A stretch of 63,706 nucleotides of DNA, filler included, from Globobulimina sp. (GCA_003354225.1; 33 parts of 33 records of this genome joined end to end with filler, not necessarily neighbours in it); one strand, 5' to 3'; positions 1-11,697 are shown, counted from the first letter of the whole stretch. Numbers and translations are program-made. The notes: generated from the letters alone by a model not told the origin.

Positions 1-1
1 C

Positions 2-922
2 CTTTTTTATTTTATTATTTGTATCATCACCTTGTTGAATAATTAAGTCACTCTCAAATCCATTTCTTTGTATTTCTGCAATCAATGCATATAAATAACC
101 ATCTATTTGTGACCAACTCCATTTTTGTTTATCCTGATTTGTTGGAACATTGACATTACGAAGAGGTACTTCCGCAATATCATGAAGAGGTGCATCCATT
201 AAAAATGTTTTGTTCTTTGATGTGATTTCAATCTCTCTATTTCTCGGTGGATGTCTATACACTTTCATATGACATCTATCATCGAATCTATTTCCACCTT
301 TTTGTAATCTTAAATATTTGAAACATTCTTCATCATATTTCTTATCATCCATATATTGACATAATTGTTTATCATAAATATCTTCAAAATGCGTAAACTC
401 ATTTAAATGTTTTAAATATTCCTCTTTGAATTCATAATCTTCTTTTACTTTCTCAAAAATGGGACATTTTTCAGTATTTTTAATATATTTACATGTAATT
501 TGCGATTCTGCCGCGGAAACTTCATGTTTCATTATGACATTTACAGTGAATGGATTTATTCCATTATCAGAAAGTTCCGTGCTCCAATCACAGATACCAA
601 ATTTTTGAGGATAATATTTTTTATGCATTTCTCGTTCAATTTTATCTTTTATTTCTTTCGATTTTTTATAAAAATCAACATTGATTGTCATTTGTGTATT
701 AAAATCATGGTTAGAATCACAAATAATTGATAGTGTTACATCTTTTGCTTTTTTATTATGGTTAGGTTTAGGCCGACGTTTACGATGTCTTTTTGATTTC
801 ATTGGATTATGTCGGCATGATTTAACACATTGTGATTGTCCATTCACTCCTGAATATGCACTTGGTGATGTTTTACGATGTGGAAGATTTAGTGGTGGTA
901 AAGTTCGACTGCGTAACTTCAT
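2..922 (-). CDS. Hypothetical Cys/His-containing protein, >307 aa, runs off window start (not in ORF track)
   Basis: Manual translation is open from ATG 922: MKLRSRTLPP...KCPIFEK...HLNEFTHF...GNRFDDRCHMKVYRHPPRNRE... Confidence 0.8.
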   Translation of the reverse strand, partial: MKLRSRTLPPLNLPHRKTSPSAYSGVNGQSQCVKSCRHNPMKSKRHRKRRPKPNHNKKAKDVTLSIICDSNHDFNTQMTINVDFYKKSKEIKDKIEREMHKKYYPQKFGICDWSTELSDNGINPFTVNVIMKHEVSAAESQITCKYIKNTEKCPIFEKVKEDYEFKEEYLKHLNEFTHFEDIYDKQLCQYMDDKKYDEECFKYLRLQKGGNRFDDRCHMKVYRHPPRNREIEITSKNKTFLMDAPLHDIAEVPLRNVNVPTNQDKQKWSWSQIDGYLYALIAEIQRNGFESDLIIQQGDDTNNKIKK

Positions 923-977
923 GGACGCTTTATAATATAAAGTGTTTTTCAGTTCACTGGCTTGAGTTTACCAAATC

Positions 978-1662
978 ATGCGAGCTCTCAGATCTGTCTG
1001 TCCGTTTATAAATAATTATAATATCAGGCTATGTAGTGGTGTCTCACCACAATTGCAAAAAAGCACAACGCACAGAGGGCAATACGTAACATTAAAGCCA
1101 TTAGATGTTGATGCAGATGCCTTAGAATTATATTCATCAATAAACAGCGAGGACTATAATTGGATGTGGGATTATATGTTCATGGGACCTTTTGAAAATT
1201 TCAACCAATTTGAAAGATACTTACATGGAATACCGAATGATTGGATATCATATGTTGGTAATATACAACCAAACAAATACGAAAATTGGTGTAATAAATT
1301 ATTTAAATATAAATGAGAGGTTCAAAACAATAGAAATCGGCGGCTTATGGTACTCGCCAAAACATCATGCATCATATGTTTCGACTGAGTCTACATATTT
1401 GTTAACAAAATATGCATTGGATACTCTTAAATATAGACGGGTTGAATGGAAATGCGATGATGAAAATGCAAAATCAAAGAAAGCAGCATTAAGATTAGGA
1501 TTCAGATATGAAGGATTGTTAAGGAATCATATGGTTTATAAAAATAAAAATAGGAATACTGCTTACTTTTCAATTATCAGCGATGAATGGCAATTCACAA
1601 AACATTATATGCGATATCTGCTAACAACAAAAGTATATCCAAAGGAAAAAAGTAAACTATAA
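978..1662 (+). pseudogene. GNAT N-acetyltransferase (RimJ/RimL type), split by a 1-nt frameshift near 1257
   Basis: VTLKPLD..DALELY..WDYMFMGPF lies in one frame; IEIGGLWYSP..YRRVEWKCDDENAKSKKAALRLGFRYEGLLRNHMVYKNKNRNTAYFSII lies in the next. Removing one G from GTTGGTAAT fuses them (..SYVVIYNQT..). Confidence 0.8.
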
Positions 1663-1835
1663 CTGACAGTGCAAGGATTAAAAACAGCTTAAATATAAGA
1701 TTTAGTTCGTTGGAGAATCCGAGAAGATTGAATTTGTTTGTCGTGATTTGTGATTTCAAACATTTTGTAGTGCATTTGATCATGCATAATACAATGCATT
1801 TCATTTTATAATTATTATTCATTGCATGTAGCTGA

Positions 1836-1935
1836 NNNNNNNNNNNNNNNNNNNNNNNNNNNNNNNNNNNNNNNNNNNNTTAATTAATTAANNNNNNNNN
1901 NNNNNNNNNNNNNNNNNNNNNNNNNNNNNNNNNNN
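1836..1935. other. Artificial contig linker (N44-TTAATTAATTAA-N44), first of 32
   Basis: Identical 100-nt linker with stops in all six frames. It recurs at 3771, 5706, 7641, 9576, 11511, 13446, 15381, 17315, 19249, 21183, 23117, 25051, 26985, 28919, 30853, 32787, 34721, 36654, 38587, 40520, 42453, 44386, 46319, 48252, 50184, 52116, 54048, 55980, 57912, 59844 and 61776. Contig lengths fall from 1835 to 1831. Confidence 0.99.
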
Positions 1936-1936
1936 T

Positions 1937-2245
1937 ATAAAAGATGCGCTAAGAACTTTTGACCAGGCTGCTGTTTACACAATTCACGGATTTTGTCAGA
2001 GAATGCTGATTGAAAATGCATTTGAAAGTGGAAGCCTCTTTGAAACGGAACTTGTCGGCAGTAATAGCGAGCTTATTGATGAGATTCTGAAAGATTTCTG
2101 GCGAATAAATATGTATGAAACCACTCCTTTTTTTGCCGGGTATTTACAACACAGAAATATTAAGCCCCTGACTTTTGCCTCTTTTGTGAGTGCATACCTA
2201 AAACCGGGGATAACTATAAAACCGGATTGCCCGTATGCAAAACCT
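1937..2245 (+). CDS. recB: Bacterial exodeoxyribonuclease V beta subunit fragment (chimeric contig end)
   Basis: DALRTFDQAAVYTIHGFCQRMLIENAFESGSLFETELV..DFWR matches the RecB TIHxFC region. Right boundary is approximate. Confidence 0.85.
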
Positions 2246-3770
2246 TTTAAATATTTCACATTCATCGCCAAATATGATCCACAGATGAATATATAGCCTA
2301 TCTTTATAAGAAAAATCATTTATTAATTCTATTTTATCTAAAAACTGTATCGATGATAATGCTTGTTTCGATAATATTTGTTGAGATATTAAGTTTGTGA
2401 CAAATATTATAATCATTGACACAAAACATAATAAAATTAGAAAGCCACCATTTCCGCCATTTAAAAGTAATCCATTCCCAATATTCATTGAATCGCATAT
2501 TATATCAATCAGTAATACAAAAAAAATAGCAAAACGCGACACAAATTCAACAAATCGATACATCTGAAAATGTAAAATCATTCGAGCTAAATGTCTATCA
2601 TCGCCTTCCTGCGCCAAATTTAAATCCTTTTCTTTTCCATCCTCTTCTTCATTTATAATCAAATTTATTCCTAATTCAACATTGTTAACATCACTAACAT
2701 TAAAATCTTGTTTCGTAGTCGATAGACTCTGCATTGAACGCAATTCTTTTAATGACTCACTTCTATGATAATAGCCATAATACAGTCGCAGTATAAAAGG
2801 TATAATGTGCTTTTTATATAATATTCGATATCCAATGTCTGAATCGCGAATAATATGACTCGCCGCCATTAATATTAATAATCCAATGACTTCATAGGAA
2901 AATTGTACTTTTATCAATAAAATCGTATCCAGTAATTCTTCCATAAAAAAAATTGGAAACATCAAATGAATGTATCTGAATTCATCTGTTCCTCGCAACG
3001 CACTGCATTCCCATAGCCAGCGCGTGATAATAAAGGTTAGTTTTAATAATATAAAATAAAAATATATCAATGCTTTATCATTATTCGCTATTTCAACAAT
3101 AACTGCGCAGCCTAACTGTGGCAGTAATAATGAGGCCGGGATCAACAATGAACAATAAGCAATGTCATATTTTGACGATAAGTTGCCAGTGTTATCAAAC
3201 ATACCCAATGACTTAGAATAAAAAAAACGAACAATCCATGCAATGATTAGCATATAAAACATAATCAAAATAAATGTGCTAAAGTATTGATGAAGAATTA
3301 ATAAAACGAAAGCTAGCAAAATAACTCCTATCCAGAAGATAAATAAAATACAAATTGTTTCAGTTTCCTTCCATTTATCATCCAAACTAAAAAACGGTAC
3401 GATCATTGTGCATATTATCAGTACATAGATATACAAATTGTATATAAAGTCCATACTGCACAATGACGCAACCACTCGGATGAGATTTAATATATTTCCG
3501 ACAACAAAAAGAATAATAAATAATCTTTTATGTCGTACCAATAAGTCCGGTCTGTATTGCATATGAATGACAACCATTGTCCCAATCACACAAATAATGA
3601 ACAGCGGTTCACTAAATACAGAAATTACGCGCGAACCAACATTTGTCATCGGATATAAAAATGCATTTGGTTGAGCTGCAAATAATCGATAATTGATAAT
3701 ATAAACAATTATAATCACGCACAAATATAAAACAATAAAAGAATAATATAAAACAGACGAATGCGGCTCA
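2198..3770 (-). CDS. Multi-pass membrane protein, partial; C-terminus probably replaced by chimeric recB DNA
   Basis: >500-aa ORF with about 10-12 hydrophobic segments. Confidence 0.75.
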
Positions 3771-3870
3771 NNNNNNNNNNNNNNNNNNNNNNNNNNNNNN
3801 NNNNNNNNNNNNNNTTAATTAATTAANNNNNNNNNNNNNNNNNNNNNNNNNNNNNNNNNNNNNNNNNNNN

Positions 3871-4359
3871 TTTTGCTAATTTCTTCCTTCCGGCAATGCC
3901 AATTAAACGGGTTTGATTGCCGCCTTTTGAGTCGATTAAAGATGATAAATTTTCTAATGTCCGGACAACGTGATCTAAATCTTTTTGATCTTTGGGTTCG
4001 GCTAAATACACTGTACGAAATACGTCGCGTTCATCGCAGCCATAGGCTTTGCAGAAAGCGACAAATGCTGTTATTCTAACTGTGTGTGGTATGCGTGTTA
4101 ATTATTTATTATGTGTGTATTGTTGGATACTAATACCTTTGTTTGGGAATGGTCCAATTTTAGGTTTCTGTAAATCTTTTTTTTTGAAATGTTTGCCAGC
4201 AATTTTGGGATCAATACCCACGGCAACATGACCGAGAGCGATGCCAGTTTCTAAGTTTCGTTGGAAATTACCACATTTAAATTTATAGGGTTGATAGTCA
4301 TTTACCCAAACTTCTGCTGCGTTCATTCGATCTTTGGATGATTGTTTCTTCGCTGACAT
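3871..4359 (-). CDS. Calponin-homology (CH) domain protein, 3'-partial; intron 4080..4136
   Basis: A 57-nt GT..AG intron joins PFPNK to VRITAFVAFCKAYGCDERDVFRTVYL..DLDHVVRTLENLS, resembling calponin/transgelin CH. Confidence 0.75.
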
Positions 4360-5083
4360 TGTGTTTGCACGGTTTTTGAGGAATTATCCTTGCACTAAAG
4401 TAATAAATGTTGACTGAACATCACCAATATTCTACGTACGGTTCTCACGCAAAGTCATTATATACAAAAATGGAAATTGGAAAACATAATATAATATATA
4501 TACACAAATGATCGATCCATCAGGTGAGAAAAAAAAATATTATGAATTATTAGCTAGTATTAGTATATTAAAAAAAAACTAGAAGGGAAAAAGATTCAAA
4601 ACACAATCATTTGCAAAGGAGAAAACAAAAACACAAATTAACGCAAATTAATGTCAATTAATATTTGAGCATATCATATGTGAAGATTCATCGAAGTTAA
4701 CTTCAATATCAGCAAAAACAAAGGCACATAAAAGCCCAAAACAAAATGTAAACAGAAAAGGGACAACGCGTCTTTTAATTACTTGCATATATTATGTCAG
4801 TATCTGCAATGTATAAATTAATTTGCATTGGCATAATTTATCGACAATAATCAAAATAATCGAAGTTATTCGGCATACGAATAAAAAGTTAAAAAAGTTT
4901 TTCATTTCAAAAAAAAGATAGATATAAATCGTAAGTTTTAATATTAGGGACACACTAAAATAACATCAAAAACAGATATTTTCAAACCTTAAGTTCAAAC
5001 ACAACAAAAAAAAGTGCGAAAATCAACAATTCAATCAAAGAGAGAGAAATAAAAATATTTTATAAGACACATAAACAAAGTCA

Positions 5084-5705
5084 TTACTTTTTGACTGATT
5101 TGACTGAAATATTCAACTTATTCATCATAAATTGTAGCTTTGAATTTCTTTTCTTTCGTTTTCTTTTCCTATGTCGGTGATAATCGTGCGGATTATTCAC
5201 GTGATCGCACACTTGCTCATCAATGCCGATCTCATTCATCTTATTATTTAAACACAAATGCGAATGTAAGTTATTATTCATCTTATTTTTCAGCATTTTT
5301 CTTTCCCACATTGGTTGCAGCCACTTCTCGCTCCAAAAAACATCGCCAACCGCATAGTCAATAATGGTATCCACGATATCCTTACAAATGAACGAAAACG
5401 CTTCGAACTGATAATTCATCAAAATATCGCGCATTTGTTCCACGTCAAAGGAGGCGATTTCCAGCGAATCGGTTAATTTCGTACATACACAATGCACCGA
5501 TTCGAATTTATTATATTTCCTCGCAATATTCAAATATAACGATTTTATATATTCTAATATCGCATATCTGTCCATTCTGCCTTGGTATTCGGGGAAATAT
5601 TCGGCAAATAAGTCGCAGCGTTGGTAAAATAAATCGATTTTGTTGATGACGAGAATGAACTGCGTCGCGCTGCTTTGGTTCTCGTTGTTACTGATAATGT
5701 CTTAG
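5084..5705 (-). CDS. Divergent G-protein alpha-like protein, 5'-partial, with C-terminal extension
   Basis: FILVINKIDLF (NKxD, G4)..FAEYFPEYQG..ILEYIKSLYL..VHCVCTKLTD. Confidence 0.65.
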
Positions 5706-5805
5706 NNNNNNNNNNNNNNNNNNNNNNNNNNNNNNNNNNNNNNNNNNNNTTAATTAATTAANNNNNNNNNNNNNNNNNNNNNNNNNNNNNNNNNNNNNNN
5801 NNNNN

Positions 5806-5940
5806 TGTGAATTATATGATGAAGCATGGCGAAAAATACATAAATTAATGAAATCAGATTCATATTCACGATTTAGAGGAACACCGGAATTCAATGATAT
5901 TTGTAAGAAAATGAAAGCAAAAATATCGATGTCACTTTGA
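5806..5940 (+). CDS. C-terminal end of an RGS-domain protein
   Basis: LYDEAWRKIHKLMKSDSYSRFRGTPEF matches the RGS terminal motif (F..A...I..LM..DSY.RF). Confidence 0.75.
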   Translation, partial: CELYDEAWRKIHKLMKSDSYSRFRGTPEFNDICKKMKAKISMSL

Positions 5941-6682
5941 ATATCATTAAATTAATTACAAATTAAAAACTGTCTTATTTCTATTTCTATTTCTATTCTA
6001 TTATATGTTTATATTATATTTTTATAATTTGCAAAAATAAACTTATTCCGTGTCAATTGATGCTAGCTGTTCAAACAAACTCAATTCAGATTGTAAACTA
6101 CGTACAATATGATGTAGAGTAAAAAGAACAATACATTATTTACACATGTTATAATGTTTATTTTTGCAATATCTCTTTAGATACGTTTGCTGATTGTCTA
6201 CTTTGTGTATCTTCTAGTTATACATTTTTACATTTCATTGTCAATAAAGAATGAAAGCCAATCTATGAACATCTATGATTTCGAAATCATGGAACCATAT
6301 ATTTCTGAAATACGCATTACCGATATTGCTCAAACGTTTCTGCTGAATTAACATTTGAAAAACATGTCAACGAATCAGTTCTGTGGGCTTTTGTAGCATT
6401 TAATACTATCGCATGTTTTCAACGTAATACTATCGATAATGTTAAAACTAAAAAAAGAAATATGAAGTGTTGCTGAAAGGCAAGCACTCCACAAAAACGT
6501 TTCCAAGCACAAACATAATAAAAATATAAACCAAACAATATAAAAATATCTTGGTTCTTTTTGTCAAAACAATAGCAAAAATGTTTAAAAATATATATAT
6601 AAATAATAAAATATATGCATATGTAACGAGTCACTAAATGAATAAATGTATAACATTGTATATCGATATAATGTAATATACC

Positions 6683-7561
6683 TTAGCAAAGGCAACAATA
6701 TTTAGCATAAATGGCATAATCAGCCAACTCATCGTAAGCAGAATTCTCATAAAAGACGTATGCATAAATCATACAATTTGCAGCCAATGAGCATACCGCA
6801 GCCCATTCATATGTATAATTATAATCTAATGAATCCTCATTACCATCAAAATATTCCTTACCCCACACAGCCGCGGTTGTAAAATACGAGTAAAATATAG
6901 CATGAATCCAATACATTGCCAGCGCAAATAATGGCAAACAAAGCGAGCATACAACATCACAGAAAAAATACATTCGGCAAATTTTAAAATTCCTACCTCT
7001 CCATTTCAAAAATTTATATTCACTCTGCCTTTGTCGACATAAAACAGCAAAATGAATAAAATGATATGTAAACACAAATGCTGCTGCAGTCAGCGTACAG
7101 ATTATATGTAGGATCATATACTCATAAACATCAAAAATATAAATTAACACAAGGCCAATCCATCCGAAAATCATTAAGATACTTGAAATGAAGGTAACTC
7201 CTCGGAATGTAGTAAAATAATATTTATATCCTTTCACACAATTTCCATCTCGTAATTTATTGTGATATATCGGACCACCACAACCCTCTGAATTGCAATG
7301 ACAGCAACATTTGCAAACATAGTCCGTGAATTCCACAGTATTTGGATCATTTGGTGACGGTTCGTTATACGCAGGGAATTTATCAAATATTTTTCGTATT
7401 TGTACATTACGAACCAACACAATCCAACTAAATGATAGAAGCACTATGATGAGAACACATACGTTCATTGCTTTCCATTGTGGTGCACCAATGGCATTTA
7501 ATACAGATATGTCTTGATATTCTTCATCAATTAGTGATAAGGTCAGAAACCATGTGCCCAC
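6683..7561 (-). CDS. Multi-pass membrane protein, possibly Frag1/DRAM/Sfk1-like; probably has upstream exons
   Basis: About 5-6 hydrophobic helices; IFDVYEYMILHIIC resembles the family's F....H motif. Confidence 0.5.
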   Translation of the reverse strand: MGTWFLTLSLIDEEYQDISVLNAIGAPQWKAMNVCVLIIVLLSFSWIVLVRNVQIRKIFDKFPAYNEPSPNDPNTVEFTDYVCKCCCHCNSEGCGGPIYHNKLRDGNCVKGYKYYFTTFRGVTFISSILMIFGWIGLVLIYIFDVYEYMILHIICTLTAAAFVFTYHFIHFAVLCRQRQSEYKFLKWRGRNFKICRMYFFCDVVCSLCLPLFALAMYWIHAIFYSYFTTAAVWGKEYFDGNEDSLDYNYTYEWAAVCSLAANCMIYAYVFYENSAYDELADYAIYAKYCCLC

Positions 7562-7740
7562 TAAAAATATTGGTAAGAAAAATGATAATCCAATTAAGAA
7601 AATTTGAAAACATTCACATTCAGATTTATTTTTGGAAACCNNNNNNNNNNNNNNNNNNNNNNNNNNNNNNNNNNNNNNNNNNNNTTAATTAATTAANNNN
7701 NNNNNNNNNNNNNNNNNNNNNNNNNNNNNNNNNNNNNNNN

Positions 7741-8030
7741 ATGCGCATTGCAGCGATGATATAGCCGTTAATCCTCTTGCCAAGTTCGCTTTTACCATAA
7801 AGAACTTCAGCATTAAGCCACTTCATCACATCGTTCATGGTGGGATTGGCAAGAGTTGGCTCCTCCGGCAGCACGTAAAACAATGTATCAGGGATGGTAA
7901 TATTGTTCTTCAATGCAGAAAGAAGCTTTTCTTTATCATCCCTGTTAGCCTTATTAACTATGACCCCCATGGTATCGACCCCTTTTTCCTTGAGGCTGTC
8001 GATGGCTAGCTGTGAGAGACTTACAACATC
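7741..8030 (-). CDS. pta: Bacterial phosphate acetyltransferase fragment (entering the DRTGG region)
   Basis: AIDSLKEKGVDTMGVIVNK..VLPEEPTLANPTMNDVMKWLNAEVLYG..YIIAAMR. Confidence 0.8.
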
Positions 8031-8105
8031 TTCTGGAGATGTTTCTTTGCGAACAAGAACAACCTGCTTGCCTTTTTCAGCCCATTTAACAGCATCATCA
8101 GCAAA
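8025..8105 (-). CDS. ppdK: Pyruvate phosphate dikinase fragment fused in frame to the pta fragment
   Basis: ADDAVKWAEKGKQVVLVRKETSPEDV is the PPDK phosphohistidine-domain motif LVR.ETSPED. Confidence 0.7.
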
Positions 8106-8108
8106 GGT

Positions 8109-9242
8109 TTGAGCAACGAAATCAAAGCGAAGCGCGTCTTGGACCACCACTATAATATCAATTGCATTGCTTTTCATTCCACGTCGTTTGACATTTTAGC
8201 GGTGGCGGGACAAGGCGTGGAATTATTTAATTGGAGGATCGGGAAAAGCATTGCGAGCTTCCCCAAGACCAAAGAACGCGACCAGCTGCGCAGGAAAAAG
8301 CGGCACCGCACCAAGGAAGTGAAGGAAGTGGTGTTCAGCCCGGACGGCAGTCGCTTGATTTGGTGCCAAGGCAAGAATGTGTTGGTTTGGAATATCTCGG
8401 CGGTGCCTGTCTCGCCCACCATTGACGGAGTGCAGCAGTCGCAGTCTCAGAGCAAACTGAAAGGGAAGAAATCAAACAAGTTGAAAGCCAAAGAAATGCT
8501 GAAAATCAAATGCATCCAAGGCGACCGGTTGGGCGATGTGCAAACCATCGATATCTCGCCCAATGGCAAGTACATTGCCTGTGGGCTGTATCAGCCGTTT
8601 CAAGTCAAAGTGTACAACTCGTATAACAAGGATCTGATCCGCGTGCTGGAAGGACATACGTCGGCAGTGACTTGCGTCAAATTTGACCGACAGGGAAAGT
8701 ATGTCATTTCTGGCGGTGCCGATTGTAAGGTGTTGGTTTTTGATTTGCGCAGCGGAGAATTGATCAAATCGTTTGAGAAACATACGTCCGATGTGATGTG
8801 CATTGCTATTGATTATACAAACCGGTATATTGCGTCTGCGGGGAGGGACAAGACGTTATATATCACGTATTTGGACGATAAGAAGGACAATACGCAATTG
8901 CGAGAGTTGCGGCATTGGATTCCGTATAAGACTGCGCGGGATATTCGTTGTTGCGATTTCAGTCCGTACGGAGATAGTGTAGCTTGCGCCTGCGAGGACC
9001 ATCAAGTTTATATATTGACGTTGCCCAAGGAGTGCCATATCAAAACGAATAGGTTTTCGACTGATTTCAATAATTTTGGACAGAACTCCAATTCACAGAA
9101 AGGGATTGAGATTATCCATGATAATACGGAGGCAAATGCAAATAATCGGTATTCGGCGCATCAGAAACAATATTCAAATATTGATGCAATTACAACTAAT
9201 GACTATAACAAGTTTGACCCAAAGGAACATAATCTATTCTGA
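8109..9242 (+). CDS. WD40-repeat protein, likely 5'-truncated
   Basis: Repeats such as LEGHTSAVTCVKFD..SGGADCKVLVFD and FEKHTSDVMCIAID..SAGRDKT. Confidence 0.9.
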   Translation: MSNEIKAKRVLDHHYNINCIAFHSTSFDILAVAGQGVELFNWRIGKSIASFPKTKERDQLRRKKRHRTKEVKEVVFSPDGSRLIWCQGKNVLVWNISAVPVSPTIDGVQQSQSQSKLKGKKSNKLKAKEMLKIKCIQGDRLGDVQTIDISPNGKYIACGLYQPFQVKVYNSYNKDLIRVLEGHTSAVTCVKFDRQGKYVISGGADCKVLVFDLRSGELIKSFEKHTSDVMCIAIDYTNRYIASAGRDKTLYITYLDDKKDNTQLRELRHWIPYKTARDIRCCDFSPYGDSVACACEDHQVYILTLPKECHIKTNRFSTDFNNFGQNSNSQKGIEIIHDNTEANANNRYSAHQKQYSNIDAITTNDYNKFDPKEHNLF

Positions 9243-9427
9243 CGTACTTCGGAGTGTATTTCTATTTCTTTTGTTTTTTGTTGTTGTGTATAAAAGATGG
9301 CTTATTTTATTTACAATATTGTTTTTTTTGCAAACTTTGCTTTGTATTGTCTGAAACGAACTTTTTTCTTTTGCGTTAATCAAAAAATATATATTTAACT
9401 TTTTTGGCTTAGTTTCGTTTCATTTCA

Positions 9428-9575
9428 TTTCAACGATTGGCAAGGTTTTTGGGTTAGTTAGAGTGGTTTTTAACCTAGTATTCGAAGTTGACCTAGTATT
9501 GGATGACCTAGGTCAACTTCGAATACTAGGTTGAAAACCACTCTAGCTAACCAAAAACTTTACTAATCGTTGAAA
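9428..9575. repeat. Imperfect inverted repeat (about 68-nt arms, 11-nt loop); MITE-like or RNA hairpin
   Basis: Arms align with 5 transitions and 1 indel; the inner 25 bp are perfect. Confidence 0.9.
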
Positions 9576-9675
9576 NNNNNNNNNNNNNNNNNNNNNNNNN
9601 NNNNNNNNNNNNNNNNNNNTTAATTAATTAANNNNNNNNNNNNNNNNNNNNNNNNNNNNNNNNNNNNNNNNNNNN

Positions 9676-9895
9676 TAATAACTGCACCACAAGTTCTTCA
9701 TTCTTCATATTGGCCACAATTTGTTGCAAAATACTCTCTGCTTTCGGGTGGACGCAATCCAATGCCACATTAATGATTGGTAATATTTCATCATTCTCAC
9801 AGTGTACCGTTGCCGCAGAAGTTAACATATCAATGAAGCCAAATTTTTTCAATTCTCCAATTATTTTTGCATCGGCCACACCATCAACATCTATT
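9676..9895 (-). CDS. Internal exon of an unknown protein, partial
   Basis: Open frame IDVDGVADAKIIGELKKFGFIDML.. following a T-rich tract ending TTACAA; acceptor uncertain. Confidence 0.35.
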
Positions 9896-11294
9896 TGTAA
9901 TATATTTGTAATCAAAACAAAAATTAGAACACAACATTTCAAACAAATGCAAACAAACAAAAACAAAAACAATTTTATTTTCTGCGATTACTGAATTCGC
10001 ATTTATTTGAATCGGAATTGGATTAAATTAAAATATTCATTTATTTAATGTACATTGTTGATTTAAAATGGCATTTGATATTAATTTTGGATGTGCTTTG
10101 TCCTCGATTTGAGCCATTCGAATGATATTCATTTGGATTCATTTATTGTTCATTGTTGATTTTGTTTCATTTCGAATGTGTTTAGTGATTGGCACATAAT
10201 TTGTAATTTTCCTTCATTCTCATTGCATAGCTATGCAATGAGAATGCATACAAATCCTACTTTTATTCTTGTATACAAATAAAAATATTAAAATAAAAAC
10301 AAATTGCTTCGGAATTCAATTAAAATATATTAAATACGAAATATTCATCCATTTAATTGCCTGTATGCTTTAGTCGATCATAACTGGCACTCCCTTCCAA
10401 CAGTTAACTTTTTCATGCCATGTTTTATTTAACTTAACTAAAGACTTAGTAAAATGTAAACTGATGAGGATGGCTTCGTTATGCGTGTCGGATTTAGTAG
10501 TTTGCTCCCAATCCTTTATTATGTCGCAAAGCAACACTAAATGCCACACCCTATCGGCTTTTCAACAGTCTGCGGTGCTTTGTTGGTGATTTTTGCCGCG
10601 GTATTAATTAATTGTAATTATAAATAAATAATGATTATTATAATGGTGTTAATTGTTGATTGAATGGAATAGAATGAATATATGGATGAATGGCATCATT
10701 TATCCGCGCATTAAACACGGATTGATGCTCATTTTGAGCCAATTAAGAAGAAATAATTTATAAATACGATGAGATCCAAACACATTTATTGATATGATTT
10801 AGATTGAAAATATTTATTTAATTTGTGTAATTTGGTTTGAATCCGAGCCAAATACAAATATATAATGCATTGATATCGTATTTTGCAATTATTTCCGTCA
10901 CGAACTGTGTGCTGTTGATGCATTTGAACGGCAGTTGGGTGTAACTCCCATCATGGAAACAAACAACACAATGTTTTGAATGTCCACTGCAATGTACATG
11001 TATGCAGCCATTCGTTTTACGTGTTTGTTTGTAGGATGTCATTGCGATGTAAATGCATGCAATCACTCCCTTTATTTTCTATTCTCTCTTTTTATTCCTC
11101 TATTCCTCTATTCTATATTCTCTATTTCTTATATTTGGTATGCTTCTCATTTGTGAGATTTTATTGGATTCGGATAATATTATATTATGGTGATATCTGT
11201 CAAGTACTTTTAATATGATTTTAATGGCTCTGCTAATGTTTTAGAAAAGATATTATTTGCTTTTGAATTTGTTCGATTAAGCACCTTGACATTT

Positions 11295-11388
11295 TTTTTT
11301 GTTTTTGTGCGTGTACAATTGTATGTTTTTTGTGCGTGTTTTTTGTGCGTGTTTTTGGCGTGTTTTTTGTGTGTTTTTTGTGCGTGTC
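11295..11388. repeat. Degenerate TTTTTGTGCGTG minisatellite
   Basis: About 6 imperfect 12-nt units. Confidence 0.7.
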
Positions 11389-11697
11389 TTGTTGGGAGAT
11401 AGCTAGCTAGCAATCTATCATACAAATGATTGGGAAATGATGGAAGCCGTGCGTTTCATGTAGTATTGTTAAGGTTTTTTTTAAGAGCCCAGGTTTCCTA
11501 AATAGTTGCCNNNNNNNNNNNNNNNNNNNNNNNNNNNNNNNNNNNNNNNNNNNNTTAATTAATTAANNNNNNNNNNNNNNNNNNNNNNNNNNNNNNNNNN
11601 NNNNNNNNNNTAAGGAATGTTTGTGGATTCGGGTGTGTTTAATGTCGTTGGTGTTATGGATGTCGTTTCTGATGCGTTTCGGAGGGATTTGATGGGT

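Noticed and set aside
10461-10500. CTGATGAG hammerhead ribozyme core
   Set aside because: No stem II followed by GAAA, and no flanking stems found.
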